A stretch of DNA of 64,000 nucleotides from contig OX337234.1 in the NCBI GenBank assembly GCA_946965045.2, forward strand, positions 62,001 through 126,000. The letters run 5' to 3'. The notes under the pieces were generated by a model, which saw only the letters and a list, made by a program, of their open reading frames with translations, searched no databases and had not been told where the DNA came from. The stretch comes from Epithemia pelagica (Eukaryota; Protista; Bacillariophyta). Shown here in pieces: positions 34,137 through 47,279 of this stretch. The first letter of the stretch is position 1. Each line of letters opens with the position of its first letter. The translations under genes were made by a program, and so were the position numbers.

Positions 34137-36160
34137 TTCTGCATGCTTGAGTCGGCCAAGGACTCGTCCGCGTGCAAGGGCGAGTTTGCTTGGGCCATGC
34201 TCACATCAATTCGCGATGCGGCCTGTTGTTCTGAGTCCTGATTGCGCTCATCATTTGCGCTGTGACTCTGTGCTTTTGGATTTGTTATATCATGCTCCGT
34301 GCATTGATACTGGTTGTTGTACTGGGGATGATTCTGGTAGTTGTGGTTCGTTGGCATCTGGTGGTGTGTCGGGGTCTGTGGGAGTGGCATCTTATTTGGT
34401 GGTAAACGATGATTGGAAACAGGAGTAGTCTGATGAGCTGGGAACAAGTTGTTGGGTAACTGTTGCAGCTGTTGCGCGTTAATGGGGCTCATACCAAATT
34501 GTGGTTGTTGTTGGTAAGGGTGAGCGTAGTTTGGAGGAGGCATATAATTCTGCTGCATCATCATGGCGGACATTTGTTGCTGCATCGACTGCATCATCGA
34601 GCGCATCATTTTCTCTTGTTTTGATTCACTTTCTTCTTCTTGTTTCGATACGAATGACTTGAAAGCATCTTTCAGTTCCCGTAGCTTGCTCTTCAATTCA
34701 GCATTCTCATTCTTCATTCGTTCATATTCTTCGTTGGTTACCTGGCTCGTAGTTGTCTCGGTAGTTGTTGATGCGACGACGGTTTGGACGGGTGCCATAG
34801 TCTTCCATACCTGTGTTGTTGGTCCAATCATCTTCGGAGGACGTGAATAACTGTTGTTCGAGTCATCTTGAAACTCATTCTCTCTGGTGGTGTACAAAGA
34901 GTTTAGCGCAGAGACGTAAGTTGCATAAGAACCACCGTGGTCCGTTGAGTCATCGTCGTCTTCTCCTGTGCCTTGTCGTCCGTAGCTTTCGTGTCGAAAT
35001 GCGAGCCTTGGAGGATCGTCGTAACCTTTAAGATGATGTAGGTTTCTTGCATCTTTTTCGAGCATAACCAATGTTGGCAGACTCATTCTAAGAGCGCTCC
35101 TGAGTACATCAAAGTGTTCTTCTGTGGTATGAATGTTGTGGCGACCAATACGATCCGTATCTTTATGGCCGGTAATCCTGATGACTCCTTCATAATCACG
35201 TGCAATCCTGTCTTTCAAACTCCACATTACGCTCGGGTGAATTCCTGCGACCGGTAAAATCTTGCTCTCTCTCAGGTAAGCATTTTGCTCAATCATAGAG
35301 GAGCTGTACAAGTGCTTGTTTGTGTGTCGGAACTTGTGAAAGATGAACTTCGGGTCTTCCACGTATGTCTTCTGAAGAAGTTCCAGCAATTCTTTTGCGT
35401 CGTGTTGGCGACACTGCAGGTCAAATGCTTTTGTTTTGAAGGTGTCATCTCCGTTCTTGAAGAAGGGCGAAGAGTAATTGCACTTGAACTTCGGAATTTT
35501 CTTCCTCGGTTTATTCGTTTTCTTGATAATTTCTTGTACAGCATCTTCAATCATTTCGTCCGGAGGAATATTACTGGGGTCAAAACCGACGAAGAATCCC
35601 AAGTTGGAGATTCGTGTTTCGTTCTCGTTCCAAAGATGTTGCGTCATTTTTGCCTTCCCTAACAAAAGCTTCTCATGCACTGATTCGTGGCGGCGGATCT
35701 CACTTATTGAAATTTTAGACTGGAATCGGTGAATTACAATATACATCGGTTTCCTCTGTTTCTTTTGGTTGCCCTTGGAGTAGTGTAAGTCGAAGTGTCG
35801 TAGGTAAACTGAGACAGCCTTGAAGGACTCCAACTTTTTTCTGTTAAGTTTTGCACCTTTATTATCGAAAATTTTGACCTCTGGAAATACTTGTGAAATG
35901 GAATAGAGAATATCATAGTGGAGCAAGGCGATACTCTTGTTCGTATCGTCATCCGGACTGAACACAAACTTGATCGTATACTCTTTTTCGTCGCCTTCGT
36001 AGGGGATAGGGCGGTATACTGCTGTAACTGCAGTGGCGGCGTCGCTCGCATCATCTTGATTATTGGTATCATTATTGTTATTTGCAGCATCATAAGTGTT
36101 GTCGTCTTGTTGGGCTTCAGCCATAGGAGAGTCATAGTCGGAACGGGGGGGATCCGCCAT
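34133..36160 (-). CDS. LINE ORF1 (675 aa), coiled-coil and Gln/Met-rich C-terminus
   Basis: Intact ORF directly upstream of ORF2; its stop overlaps the ORF2 start as ATGA (34136-34133). Confidence 0.85.
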   Translation of the reverse strand: MADPPRSDYDSPMAEAQQDDNTYDAANNNNDTNNQDDASDAATAVTAVYRPIPYEGDEKEYTIKFVFSPDDDTNKSIALLHYDILYSISQVFPEVKIFDNKGAKLNRKKLESFKAVSVYLRHFDLHYSKGNQKKQRKPMYIVIHRFQSKISISEIRRHESVHEKLLLGKAKMTQHLWNENETRISNLGFFVGFDPSNIPPDEMIEDAVQEIIKKTNKPRKKIPKFKCNYSSPFFKNGDDTFKTKAFDLQCRQHDAKELLELLQKTYVEDPKFIFHKFRHTNKHLYSSSMIEQNAYLRESKILPVAGIHPSVMWSLKDRIARDYEGVIRITGHKDTDRIGRHNIHTTEEHFDVLRSALRMSLPTLVMLEKDARNLHHLKGYDDPPRLAFRHESYGRQGTGEDDDDSTDHGGSYATYVSALNSLYTTRENEFQDDSNNSYSRPPKMIGPTTQVWKTMAPVQTVVASTTTETTTSQVTNEEYERMKNENAELKSKLRELKDAFKSFVSKQEEESESKQEKMMRSMMQSMQQQMSAMMMQQNYMPPPNYAHPYQQQPQFGMSPINAQQLQQLPNNLFPAHQTTPVSNHRLPPNKMPLPQTPTHHQMPTNHNYQNHPQYNNQYQCTEHDITNPKAQSHSANDERNQDSEQQAASRIDVSMAQANSPLHADESLADSSMQK

Positions 36161-37652
36161 GGTCGACGTGGTTCGCTCGCCGGTGACGTGGATGCGTTTC
36201 AGGTTACTTTCTGGGAAAAACTTTCGCGGTAAACTACGAGAAACCAGAAACTATCGGACAGATAACACGAGGCACTACGCCTTTCAATTTCGTCTGTCCA
36301 CGAAATTATAACAACAACCGAACCCAAAGATCCGTCTTGGCTCCCTTGTTTCCGCGACTCCAAATCAGTTTGTGGTCGCACTTGTTGCACGGTCGTATAT
36401 AGATCGCTTCTTATAGAGGTCCGTGTCGGCCCTGCCGACATGTTTGGACTGACGATTGTCGACGACGACAAGAGCGCTTGTCGTTCCGTGGCAGTTCCAG
36501 CAATGTTCCTCGATCCTTCTTCTTCTTCTCGTGCCGCTGCCGCTGCTGCCGCGGCGGCGGAAGGAATGGATGTGATTGGACCACGTCGTGCCAGGGGAGC
36601 GATCCGCGTCAGACCGAATCGTCGTTGCAGAGTTTGCGACTTTTTTGGTATCATGCCAGAGTACCAAAAAACTTTTTTAGGTCATTGGGACCATGAGAGG
36701 CAGGCTTGTGTCGGACCAATGGCGTTTGGCAAAAAACATGGTTTGGACCAATCATTCGATGCGGAGGCATCGTGTCGGCAAGTGGCACTCAATCATTTGA
36801 TGCGTGGACCAATGCGAGGCATCCAACGGGTCCACCGTGGATCCAAAGAAGCAGCTGGACGTGGTCCAGTTGCATCGTGGATTCCTCATGGTTGTCCCTC
36901 GTCACTGATCCACAGATTGACACGACAAGACAAGGCTCATTGTATCTTGTATCTTGCGATATCCTGATATCTTCCATTTGGCAAAGAACAAGAACCAGCG
37001 CAACAAACCCAAACAAACAGGCAAGTAGCAGCAAAGAACAAAGCTCAATTGTCCGTTTGTGCAATTGCATTTCCCTTGTGGATCCATTGTGTGTCTCTCG
37101 TTCCCATTGAGAACGGGGAAGCATCAAGCACCACCACCAAGATCAAGCAAGCCCTGGCGGCGGCCATTTGGTATGCCATTGTCTTTCTGGTCGTTCCTGT
37201 TGTGTGATTGGTGATTGCCGAGCTAAAACTCTCTCTCTCTCATTTCATTCGTTGCTCTTGTGTGTGTCTCGCTCAGCTCTCGTTTCTTGTTGGTGCGGCT
37301 GTTGGTTGTGTCTCTCTCTCATCCAGAGGCCCTTTTCCTCCCCACCAACATCATCGTGTCTCTTTCATCCAGAGAGGCCCTTTCATTCTCTCTCGTTCTC
37401 GCTCTCTCTGTGGTTGGTCCGTTGAATTTGTCTCGTTGTGTTCCTTCCACGTCCTTGATTGGTGGTGCGATTCAAATTTTGCACAACCACAGCACTCCTC
37501 TACACAAGAACAAGGGCAGCAGCAGCAACCGAGAGCACGATTGATTGATTCCTTCCTTCCATCTCGTCGTCGCCCCTCGCTGTCTCTTTGGAGGATTGAT
37601 TCTCGCCAAGATTGATTGATTGATTGATTCCTCAATCATCATCATCATTCTC

Positions 37653-40600
37653 ATGCGAATGCCACTGCAACAACCGCCGTTCGAGCCAGAGTCGGCCGGG
37701 AGGAGGAGCAGCATGACTCGAAGAACCACCAAGCGAACTCGAAGCGAACCACCAGCACCACGAGAAGGAGGAATTCCGGGTTCACCATCCACAACAACAT
37801 CTTTCACAAGAACAACCACCACCACCACCACAAGATGCGTTCCTACCAGGCCAACAACAACACGTTCTTCTTCTGCTTCTTCTTTTGCTTCGTTTCGGGC
37901 CCGTAGGAGTAGTACGACGAGTCTGGATAGACGACCCTGGAGAATTCTTCGAACCAGGCATTTGTTGTGGTATTATTGGTGGTGGTTGGTGGGAGGATGC
38001 CGTTTGTGGTTGGCTACCAGTGTCAGTGCGGCTTCTACGGTGGACGGAGTCTATGAGGTACCCACCTTTTCCCTTTCCGAATTGCGTCAATTGGGAGAAT
38101 CGTCCTTGTCGGAGAAGAAGAAGAATACGCCAGTCGCCCAACGATTGCACCATGTCTTGACCACCACGGGTCTCTTGTCCATTGCCTTGGAGGACCACGA
38201 CACTCTGCAATCGTCCACTGGCGTATGGCAAGACTTGTGTGCCTGTCGCCACGCCTTGGAGGACCTGGCCGCGGCGCAGCAATCACAACCACCACCCGAC
38301 CACACTACAAATGGCGGCGTGATGCACGGACGCTTGTCGGATGGTGTGACATGGCGTACCACGCTTGCTACAGCTACCGTAGGATCCCAATCGCCCTTGC
38401 CCCTGATTCCCTCGTGGATGGAATGGGACGAAGCTCCTCACAACACGAATGGTCCTGCTTCTTCTTTGTGCCAGGGCCCCGCCCTGGTGGCTGGATTGGA
38501 AGCCGTGCGCGATTCTGTATCCGTGGCTACCCAAGCCTTTGTCACGGCGTGGGATGCCCTGGTTTTGGAGCAACAACACCAGCAATCGTCCCCAACCACC
38601 CGTATTTCGTGGTTGCACGATGCCACTCACACCTCCTATTCCTCCTTGGCCTCGATTCAAGAGGCGGCGGTCCATTTGGAACATTTTCATGTCTATCACA
38701 AGCCGCCATTGGGAACCAACAACAATCAAGAACCAGAAACTACCCAATCTATTACAGGAAACGCTGCATCGTCCCGCACCCGCCACAACCCGCCACGTCC
38801 AGCCTCCTTGCCATGGCATACCGATGCCGGCTTGTTTCTCAGTTTTGTGCCCGGACACACCTGTCAGGAAGAAGAAGAAGAATCGGACCAGAACCAAGCA
38901 TCCTCGAGTGATGCCTTGTGGATTCACCATCCCGTCACGGGGCAAGCCCAACCCGCCCACTTTCGCCCTCATACCATTGGCATCATGTTGGGCGTGGGCG
39001 CCCAAGAATGGTTGTCCCTGTCCTCCTCATCCTCCTCATCGTTCCACGACGCCTACAACTACCGGGCCACGAAACATGCCGTGGTAATGGAACCCGGACA
39101 AGTACGAGCGTGGTATGGCATGAGTACGTACTTTTCTTTTGTGTGTGTGTGTGAGGAAACTGTTTGTGGAGTCTCACAAGTAAGAACCTTGCTTTGTCTT
39201 TTATATATGTGTGTATTGTCCCTCTGGTGTTGGTGCTCCTTTCGAATTCCAACAACTACAGTGACCATGGTTCCTGATACGGCTGTGGTGCAACGACATC
39301 CCGAGCGAACCTTTGCGCAAATGAAACAACAATTGTCGTTCGTGTCCTCGTCCTCGTCTTTGCAACCAAGTGACGATACGAGCATGGTGATTGGATGTGG
39401 ATCCGCCGTGTCTACTCTAACACCGGACGACGATGATTCCTCCTTGGCCCCTACTGCCGATCATGACACAACGACAAACCATCGGTTGCGCCGTCGTCGA
39501 TTGCTCCAAGTGCAAACGGCCCAAGCCTGCAACAATGTGACCAACTTTTATTGTTGGATGTCCTGTTTGGACATTCCCAATGCCCGAGACCGCGACGTGT
39601 ACCTGGCCCAAGGCTATCACTTGTATTGCATGGATCCCCACTTGTACGACCGCCATGCCTCGATTGAAGAAGCGGTGCAACCCTGTCAGGGAGGATCCAT
39701 TCTCAATCCCAGTTGCGTCGGCAAGTGGACCAATAATGATCCCAATTATCAAGTGTGGGCCTATGACTTGCAATCACAACAACATGGGCAAGAGCATTCT
39801 CCACAACAAGCACAACTTTCTCAAAGTCATGGGCACAACCACCACGATGGTACGACCTACTCCATGAACGAAAAGAGTGGTCATTCTTCCCACAAAGGAG
39901 GAGGAAGCAAGACGAGTAACATGTTGGACGATGATGCCATACGGGACCAACCCGAAACGGCCGGGAAGGATGGTGACACCAGCAGCAGCAGTAGTAGCAT
40001 GGGGCATAATCATGGCAATCATGGGGGTATGGACTCTGCCTTTGCATCGTCGTCCACCTTTTGTGTCGGTGGTACATCCATGTATATGCAAGGCTTTTCC
40101 TGGCAAGAACCCGCTTGTGTCATTTTTCTCTTGCCACATTGGGTCTTGACCACACCCACCAAGTTTGCCATGGCCAGTATTGCCACCATTGTCTTGGGCT
40201 GCATCTTGGAATGGATCCTGTCGGAGCGACGCAAACTCATCAAGGAGTTGCCCCATGGACCCAATCGCATCGTCTGGGCGTCCGGCTTGTATGCCATTCA
40301 ATTGTTTCTCGGGTATATCCTCATGCTCATTGTCATGACCTACAATGCCATTCTGTACGTACAACTGTCCCATACCGCGACTCTCATGTGTGTGTGTGGT
40401 TACTCTACCAGACTGGAGTGAACAATCATGACTCACCAAAACTGGATCACCATTCTTGTCGTCCTTGTTCAAACTACAGGTTTATTTGCAGTATTGGCGG
40501 ATTGTTGTTGGGCAATCTCCTCTTTAATCGTCCTCGCGATCCACTCTTGGCAACGCGATGGATGTATCCCAGTAGCAACGGCAGTGTGTTGGGCAGTATT

Positions 40601-41080
40601 GCGGCGGCCACGACACATCGCAAACACTTTTCCCGCGTCCATCATCATTCGTCCGATCCACGAACAGAACTGCGTCCGCATCATCATTACCTGTATCAGG
40701 CGCACGAGTATTACCACACGAGCACGACTACTGCCAATGACCACAAGTTGAACTCCTCCAAGACGGCCGATGAGAGCAGTGACGACGACCGGGACATGAC
40801 GGAAAAGAAAGTGGAGGATCCGGGACACTCGGGGTATTCCTACCAACCATCGTACGACAAGGAAATGGACGAAAAGGACGAGGAGTATCATCATCGATTG
40901 AATAGCATGAATCCAGCCGTCAATATTGAATTTTTGGGTGGGGGCCTGGCCGATGATCAAGTATCCGGCTTGACCCGAGCGGCCAGCAGTGCCTTGTTTA
41001 CCATTGATACCACGGGAGAGGTGTCGGAAGGGGGTGCGACACCCTGCTGCAACAATACCGCGTCCGATGACTTTTGTTGA
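37653..41080 (+). CDS. Copy B: oxygenase / Cys-rich / Ctr copper transporter fusion (~1054 aa)
   Basis: Exons 37653-39123, 39262-40354, 40480-41080; introns 39124-39261 and 40355-40479. WHTDAGLFLSFVP, ATKHAV, FYCWMSC, His-rich linker, GGTSMYMQGF, MLIVMTYN, GLLLG, ATPCC. Confidence 0.9.
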
Positions 41081-43525
41081 GTGAGTGGAGTTCTTTGGGT
41101 TGGGCTCCAGACTACTACAAGGGACAGGCGGGGGGAATGATCCTAAAAAGATCAAGGAATTCGGGTGCGGATGGGGGAACCCTGCTCCTCTGGAAACTCC
41201 AAGTTGTGTACCAGTGGAAGAAGCGGGGTTGGATCCAGAATTCCATGATTGGGACGTTCCAATGATACGCCAACAAAAGACGAGAGTATTCCAAGGAAAC
41301 CGGGGATCTCGTCGCTTGGCGTGGAACAAGAACAACGATAACAAGGCCAAACATATCTCTACGACTGTATGCGAATTGGTGTACATATGAATATCCATCA
41401 TCTCAAGAGCACAAACGAGGCTGGGGATAGCCGATCATTGTTGTGTTCATTCAATCTATGTGTGTTGTATAATGGGGCTTTGCTTTTGTATAAGAGGATT
41501 CACTGTTTGCATAATACTAGTACTATACTGTGTTATACATTTTCCATAGACGATCCATCGTTTGCTGGAATGGAACCTTCTAGAGCGTAGGGTTGTCCCC
41601 CTAGGTAGACACCTCCACCAGGAAGACTGGTGTTTGCAGTCGTCTAAGTTAGAAATGAAATGCAATGCTTACCGTTCACCTCTAGCTCTAGCAATTGACC
41701 CCAAGGGCGCGCCCTCGTGAGAGATCGTGTACTCGCATGCGCAATGGCCGGTCTGCTCATCATTGCTCAAATCTGCACTCTAGATACACCCAACATTGCG
41801 AGAATTCCCAATTCTACCACGCAGGTCCATGAGTCTGCCTGCGGCGAAATAGAACTCATTGAGTGTAAAGTGTCGACTTTTGGTCCCAACATGCCCGCTC
41901 TTGGCGGAGGCTAGCTTGCGAGACTGACTGTGTACCTGGTAGCTTCTCGGCGCATCTCTGGAAGATTCGGTGAAGCCTTGGATCTGACGTTGACCATCGT
42001 CATGGTCGGATCCAATCATAGCACCTCGCTTTGTGAAACCACCTGGCTTGGTTCGGCATGTCCGAAAGCGAAGGTGAACGAGGAAGAGCCTTCCTCTCAT
42101 AAGTATCCGGATCGATTTAACAAAGTCCCTACGGGTTTGCTTGAAATTTTTCTGCCCGCTCGGTAGTATTTGGAGTTCGCGAGTTTTTTGTCCTGTCACA
42201 GTCAGTCGCATGGCGCACGGAGGTGCACCAAGCTCAAGTCGACTCCATCTGGTCGGATGGAGGTCTTTGGGGAATGGCGCCGTCTTGGTAGACTTACGCC
42301 GCGCCGCGCTTGGCCAGGCGCTCTTTGCCCAAACCCCAAACACAAAAACGCAGCCGCCGTCGTGTCGCCATGGTCAAACCACCGGCTTTTGAACTAAATT
42401 TTTTGTGAGTTGACTCCCGCTATGAATTTTGGAACGACGTTGCAACGTGTTGCAATATTATCGGTCGCTCTTTTGAAATAGCTTTTGCATCTACAAACCA
42501 CGGCTCACCACGAGCCATCAAGACACACACACACGCACAACATCATATCTTGAAGATGGTATCTCGCTCTGTGTCGCGCCCGTCTCGAGGAGGTCTGTGT
42601 GTGTCGAACCGTTTGGCCGTCCTCTGTCATCAACGTTGCAACGAGGGAGGGCCAACGATTGGCAAGGCGCAACCGCTCTCGCAAGAGTGCCAATTGCCAA
42701 TGCCAATGCACACACAACCACCACAACATGTCAGTGTCAGCACCGCCACACAACAGTTGACCCTCCAAAAAAATTGACCATTCAGAGCCTTTCAAATCCC
42801 AAATCTCTCGCTCCACCCAGCCGCTGTCATTCTCTGCTGCTGCCGCTGGCCTCTCTCTTTCTAATAATAGTGTGTGCCTAGACCTCCGCGGCTCTCGCTG
42901 TGCTCCTCTCGATCCGGTCGATCCAACCCAGATCTCTCCCATGGTCTGCAGACTGCAGCGGGCAGCAGGAGGATCCAGCAATCGTGCTTCTTGTTCTCTC
43001 AACACAACCACAAGATGTCTGTCTTATTTTTTTCGCGGCCCGCCATGGATCCTTTTCGTTTGGCAGTCGCAGTGGGTGTACCACACCAGCTGTGTGCAAA
43101 CTGACCACCATTCTTTTTCGTATTGGAAAAGAATGAGACGAGTATTGTTGTGTGAGACCATCTGCTGGTCTTTGGTCTCCTCCTGTCGCAGCGCAAGACT
43201 GCTGTCGCTGCCAATCCATCTGAGAACAAGAATGAGAAAAATGTTGTGATGGCTCTGAAAGACTGAAGCCATCATACTCTCTCAACGAGAACAACAAGGA
43301 GATTGCCAGAAACGTACGTCTCTCTCTCTCTCTTGGTGGCAGCAATCCCTGAACATCAAACGCCATTCCTCCTCCTTTTGCGTGCGAAATCCATTTCTCA
43401 CCAACCGTCCCTTGGCTCTCGTTTCTTCCTCTTCGTTTGTTTTTGTGGTGGCAGTGAATTCTTTTTTTTTGACTCGTTAGCCGCGAATTCCTTTGGTTTG
43501 GAGTTCGTCTTGTTCTCCGGTCCAA

Positions 43526-46500
43526 ATGTTGGTGGGAATCTCGTTCGTGTCGTCGTTGCAATGGTGGAGGAATGTGGTTCTACTATTCGTGGGAAGTTTG
43601 GCAGTGGTACATTCCTCTTCTTCTTCTTCTTCTTCTTCTTCTTTGTTGGTGGTTCCTCCTGTTGCTTCCTTGACCTTGGAGGAATTGAATCAAGTGGCGA
43701 CTCCTCATCCTCATCAGGACTGGAAGGAGGAGGATCCGGTCCACGCGAATGAGGAGGATGTAACGCAACGATTTGTGACTGCCCTGACCACAACGGGTCT
43801 GTTGGTGATTCCCCGAAGGACCAATCGTTCCATGGCCTTGCAGGGATTGTGTCAGTGTCAGGAACCGTATCGGCGCCACGAGAACAACACCAAAAAGAAA
43901 AAGAAGAGCAACAACCAGGAAGAGGAGGATTTTCCCTTGTCCTGGCCGCATCCTCACCGTCTCGTGTCCTCAATCGAGGAACCCACCAGAACGTGGCGGA
44001 GTACGATTGCCACGGCCACGACCGGTTCCTCCTTGCCCGGGGACTTGCCCGTGGAGGTGAGGGAAACCTGTGGAGCATCCCTGGTTCAGTCTCTCCAAGA
44101 GTTGCGCCATGATGTCTCGACAGTCACACAAGCCATGGTCCAAGCCCTCGATCGACTTGTGGAAAGGCATTATCACCAACAACAAGAACAAGAAGAAGAA
44201 TCGTCAGAGCGTCGGTCCAGCACCAAGAAGGAGGATTTCAAGCATCCATCTTTCAAGCCCAACCGGCCTCCCTTGCTGTGGAACGCACCTCCCAAGCAGA
44301 GCCAAGAGAACGGCAAGTCCCATGAGAAGGACTATTATACCACGATTACGGACATTCAAGAGTCGGCCGTTCATCTCGAACACTTTCATGTGTACGAAAC
44401 GGAATCAAACGATCCAGACAAGGAGGATGAACGAACGAGGACGACCACTACTACTGCCTTGCCCTGGCATGTCGATGCCGGCTTGTTGTTGACCTTTGTT
44501 CCGGCGCATGAGTGTGATGATGCATTGTCGTCATCTTCCTTTTGGTATTGGGATGCCGCCACCAATCGCCCTGTTCCGGCTCGGTTTCCCCCCGATTCGG
44601 TCGTGGTCATGTTGGGACTGGCCTTGCCAGAGTGGCTGGAACCTACGCTGCCCTGGCACGCCACGCGCCATGCCGTTTACATGGCACCCGGTCAACGACG
44701 GGCCTGGTATGGGAAAAGTACGTGTATCTAGTCAAGTGTGGCAGCTTGAGGGGAATGGCCCAATCTGACACTTGTGTGTTGTGCTGTATTTTCTGGTGTT
44801 TGCTGTTGTGGTGCTCCCACAGTGACGTTGATTCCAGACCATGCTCTGGTGCACCAGAATCCCAATCGTACGTTTGGAGATTTGAAGCGAGCAATGATGC
44901 TACAACAACAGACCAACGGTCATGCTCCATTGCCGCACGACGAAACGAGTGCTTCTTCTGTCGGTATGGGATGTGCCTCGCAGCCGTCGAGAAGTGTGCT
45001 GAATGATCTGGAAGCCCCACGCAATTCCACTGGAGACCGTAGCACGATGCACCACCACCAAGGTGTCATGGTGCCACAGTCCCAACAAGACGAGGAGGAG
45101 GATGCGACTCGTGCCAGTCGCCGTGCTCCACGACGACGACGACGACGTGTCTTGCAAGTTCATTCGGCCCGCGCCTGTGACAATGTTTCGAGTTTTTATT
45201 GTTGGATGTCTTGTTTGGACATTCCCAATGCCCAACACACGCCCGACTATCTCGAGGACGGATATTCGCTCTACTGTTTGGACCCCCAACTCTATGCCCA
45301 ATCCGGCAACAATTTGAGCCATGCCGTGGAACCCTGTCACGGAGGATCCGTCCTCAATCCAGCCTGCATGGGCATTTGGGCTCCCACGTCGGCCGCCACA
45401 CCGGGCTATGAACTGCCACATGCGGTGCAACACAATGATAGCACACTGGTGGCGTCGGATGCATTGCCATCACCTCCTCCGTTTCATCCGGAGCAGAAGC
45501 AGCAAGACTCGGCCTTTTTTTGCGCTGGCGGCATGTCCATGTACATGAAAGGATTTGCGTGGAGCGATCCCATTTGTGTCATTTATCTCTTTCCTTTTTG
45601 GATCTTGTCGAGTCGAGGACGATTGGTCGTGGCCTGTTTGGCCACGATACTGTTGGGCTGTATGTTGGAATGGATTCTGCAAGAACGACGCAAACTACTC
45701 CAGGAGCATCTGTCCGAGGGGGTTCCTCGTACCGCCTGGACATCTTGTTTGTATGCCATTCAATTGGCCATGGGTTATGCGATTATGCTCATTGTCATGA
45801 CGTACAATGGTACCTTGTACGTTTCCTCGAGACACATTTGCCGATTGTGGTTGCATGTCGCGTATCTCACCCTCTTGTCATTTTGGTGCAGATTCATTTG
45901 TTGCGTCTTGGGACTGGTTCTCGGCAATGTCTTGTTTGCCAAGAAGAAGCAGCAGCAGCGTGGTTCGCATTCGTGGTGTTGGAGCAGCCGTCGCAGCATT
46001 CAGTATGCCGCTTGGCGGCATGATCATCATCATCACAGGCTCCGCCATGACGACGAGGAGGAGGATGGATTCCAATTGACGCGGTATTATTCGGGGACAC
46101 CACCCCTCGTGTTGTCGCACCAACCAGTGGATCGGTCCCACCGTGTCTTGGTCACGTCCTTTCGAAACCCTGCGGATGACGACGAGGATGATGATGAGCT
46201 GCAACGCTATCACCATTTTCCACACCAGGGTCAGGAACCACCCAACCTTGCCATTCAGCAGCGAGAATTGAATGGCACTCCCAAACATGAAGAACAAGAA
46301 GAAGAAGACTCGCCGCGCACCAGCATTCTTCGCCATCGCGTACGGTTTGGATACGACACTCGTCGTATGATGACGGACGAGGAAGATGCCTGGAATATTG
46401 AATTCTTGGCGGGACACTTGGTGGGTGTGGACGATCAAATTTCGGGCATTTCGCGTGGCGCCAGTACCATGACGGGAACCGTGGATACCTCGCGAGACGA

Positions 46501-46627
46501 CGAAGAAGAAGAAGAAGAGCAAGAAGAAGCGGCTGCTGTGCCGACGACGCCTCATCGTGGTCGTGTCGGTTCCAACAAGACAACGAGCACGCCTGGCTCC
46601 TTGGCGGAGCAGGCCTTGTTTTGTTGA
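43526..46627 (+). CDS. Copy C: oxygenase / Cys-rich / Ctr copper transporter fusion (~973 aa)
   Basis: Exons 43526-44717, 44823-45816, 45892-46627; introns 44718-44822 and 45817-45891. WHVDAGLLLTFVP, ATRHAV, FYCWMSC, GGMSMYMKGF, MLIVMTYN, GLVLG. Ends ALFC, with no PCC. Confidence 0.9.
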
Positions 46628-47279
46628 AACCAAGAGACCCAAGACGCCCAAGACTTATCATCATCCAAGCGGATCCACCAAACTATACTGCGACAACAAG
46701 AGCTTTACACTGCGACAACAAGAGCTTTGTAATGCCAAAAGACTACATACACACATGGAGAGAAGAGTTACACAATTGATTTAGATCTGAATGAAACACT
46801 ATAAAAAATAGACACAAGAGAAAGAGTTACTCCTTTATTCTACGAGTCGTTTCGGTGGGGTTGTCGTTTTTCCAAGCGCCGGTACTTTCCTTCACGCCGC
46901 ATTCGTTCCGATTTGCGACTGCTGATGGCAAAGTCACAGTCGCGTAGCGACTGTATTTGCATCACAAGTTCGCGAGCAGTCGGTTTACGCGCGAAAAACC
47001 CTTCCCCTTCCAATGACGGAAGCTTTCGATTTGAAAATTTGGGCTCCGTTTGGACCAATCACACCGCACCAGCACATGTGTTCCACACGGTGCAAACCCG
47101 AAGCCACGTCATGACAGGTGTTACTGCAAAGGTATTCTGTGCAAGTTCCGTCTTCTTGCTCCAGTGTTAAATGAACGTCTGGTGGTGGAAAAAGCCCAAT
47201 ACATTTGTATAACCACCACCGTTGCAACCGCGCGAGATTTTTGGACCTGTCAGAGTCAGTCGCAACGCCTCCATTCAAA

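Larger units (their letters stand above)
28067..36311 (-). mobile_element. Full-length non-LTR retrotransposon (APE-RT-RNase H; Ambal-like), ~8.2 kb, disabled
   Basis: ORF1 and ORF2 lie between 17-bp direct repeats, with a ~150-bp 5' UTR and a ~140-bp 3' UTR. The clade name is tentative, based on domain order and likely host. Confidence 0.92.

Noticed and set aside
36789-37127. 112-aa ORF with one hydrophobic segment upstream of the LINE
   Set aside because: Short, no homology recognised, and followed by stops in all frames. It may be a gene remnant but this is not supportable.
37620-40421. The 933-aa ORF (and the 617-aa ORF 44774-46627) as complete proteins
   Set aside because: They read through stop-free introns (39124-39261, 45817-45891) whose positions match stop-containing or frame-shifting introns in the paralogues. 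The spliced models are preferred.
41717-42470. ORF 41780-42343 or a transposon remnant in the B-C intergenic region
   Set aside because: No transposase motif, TIR or TSD could be found by eye.
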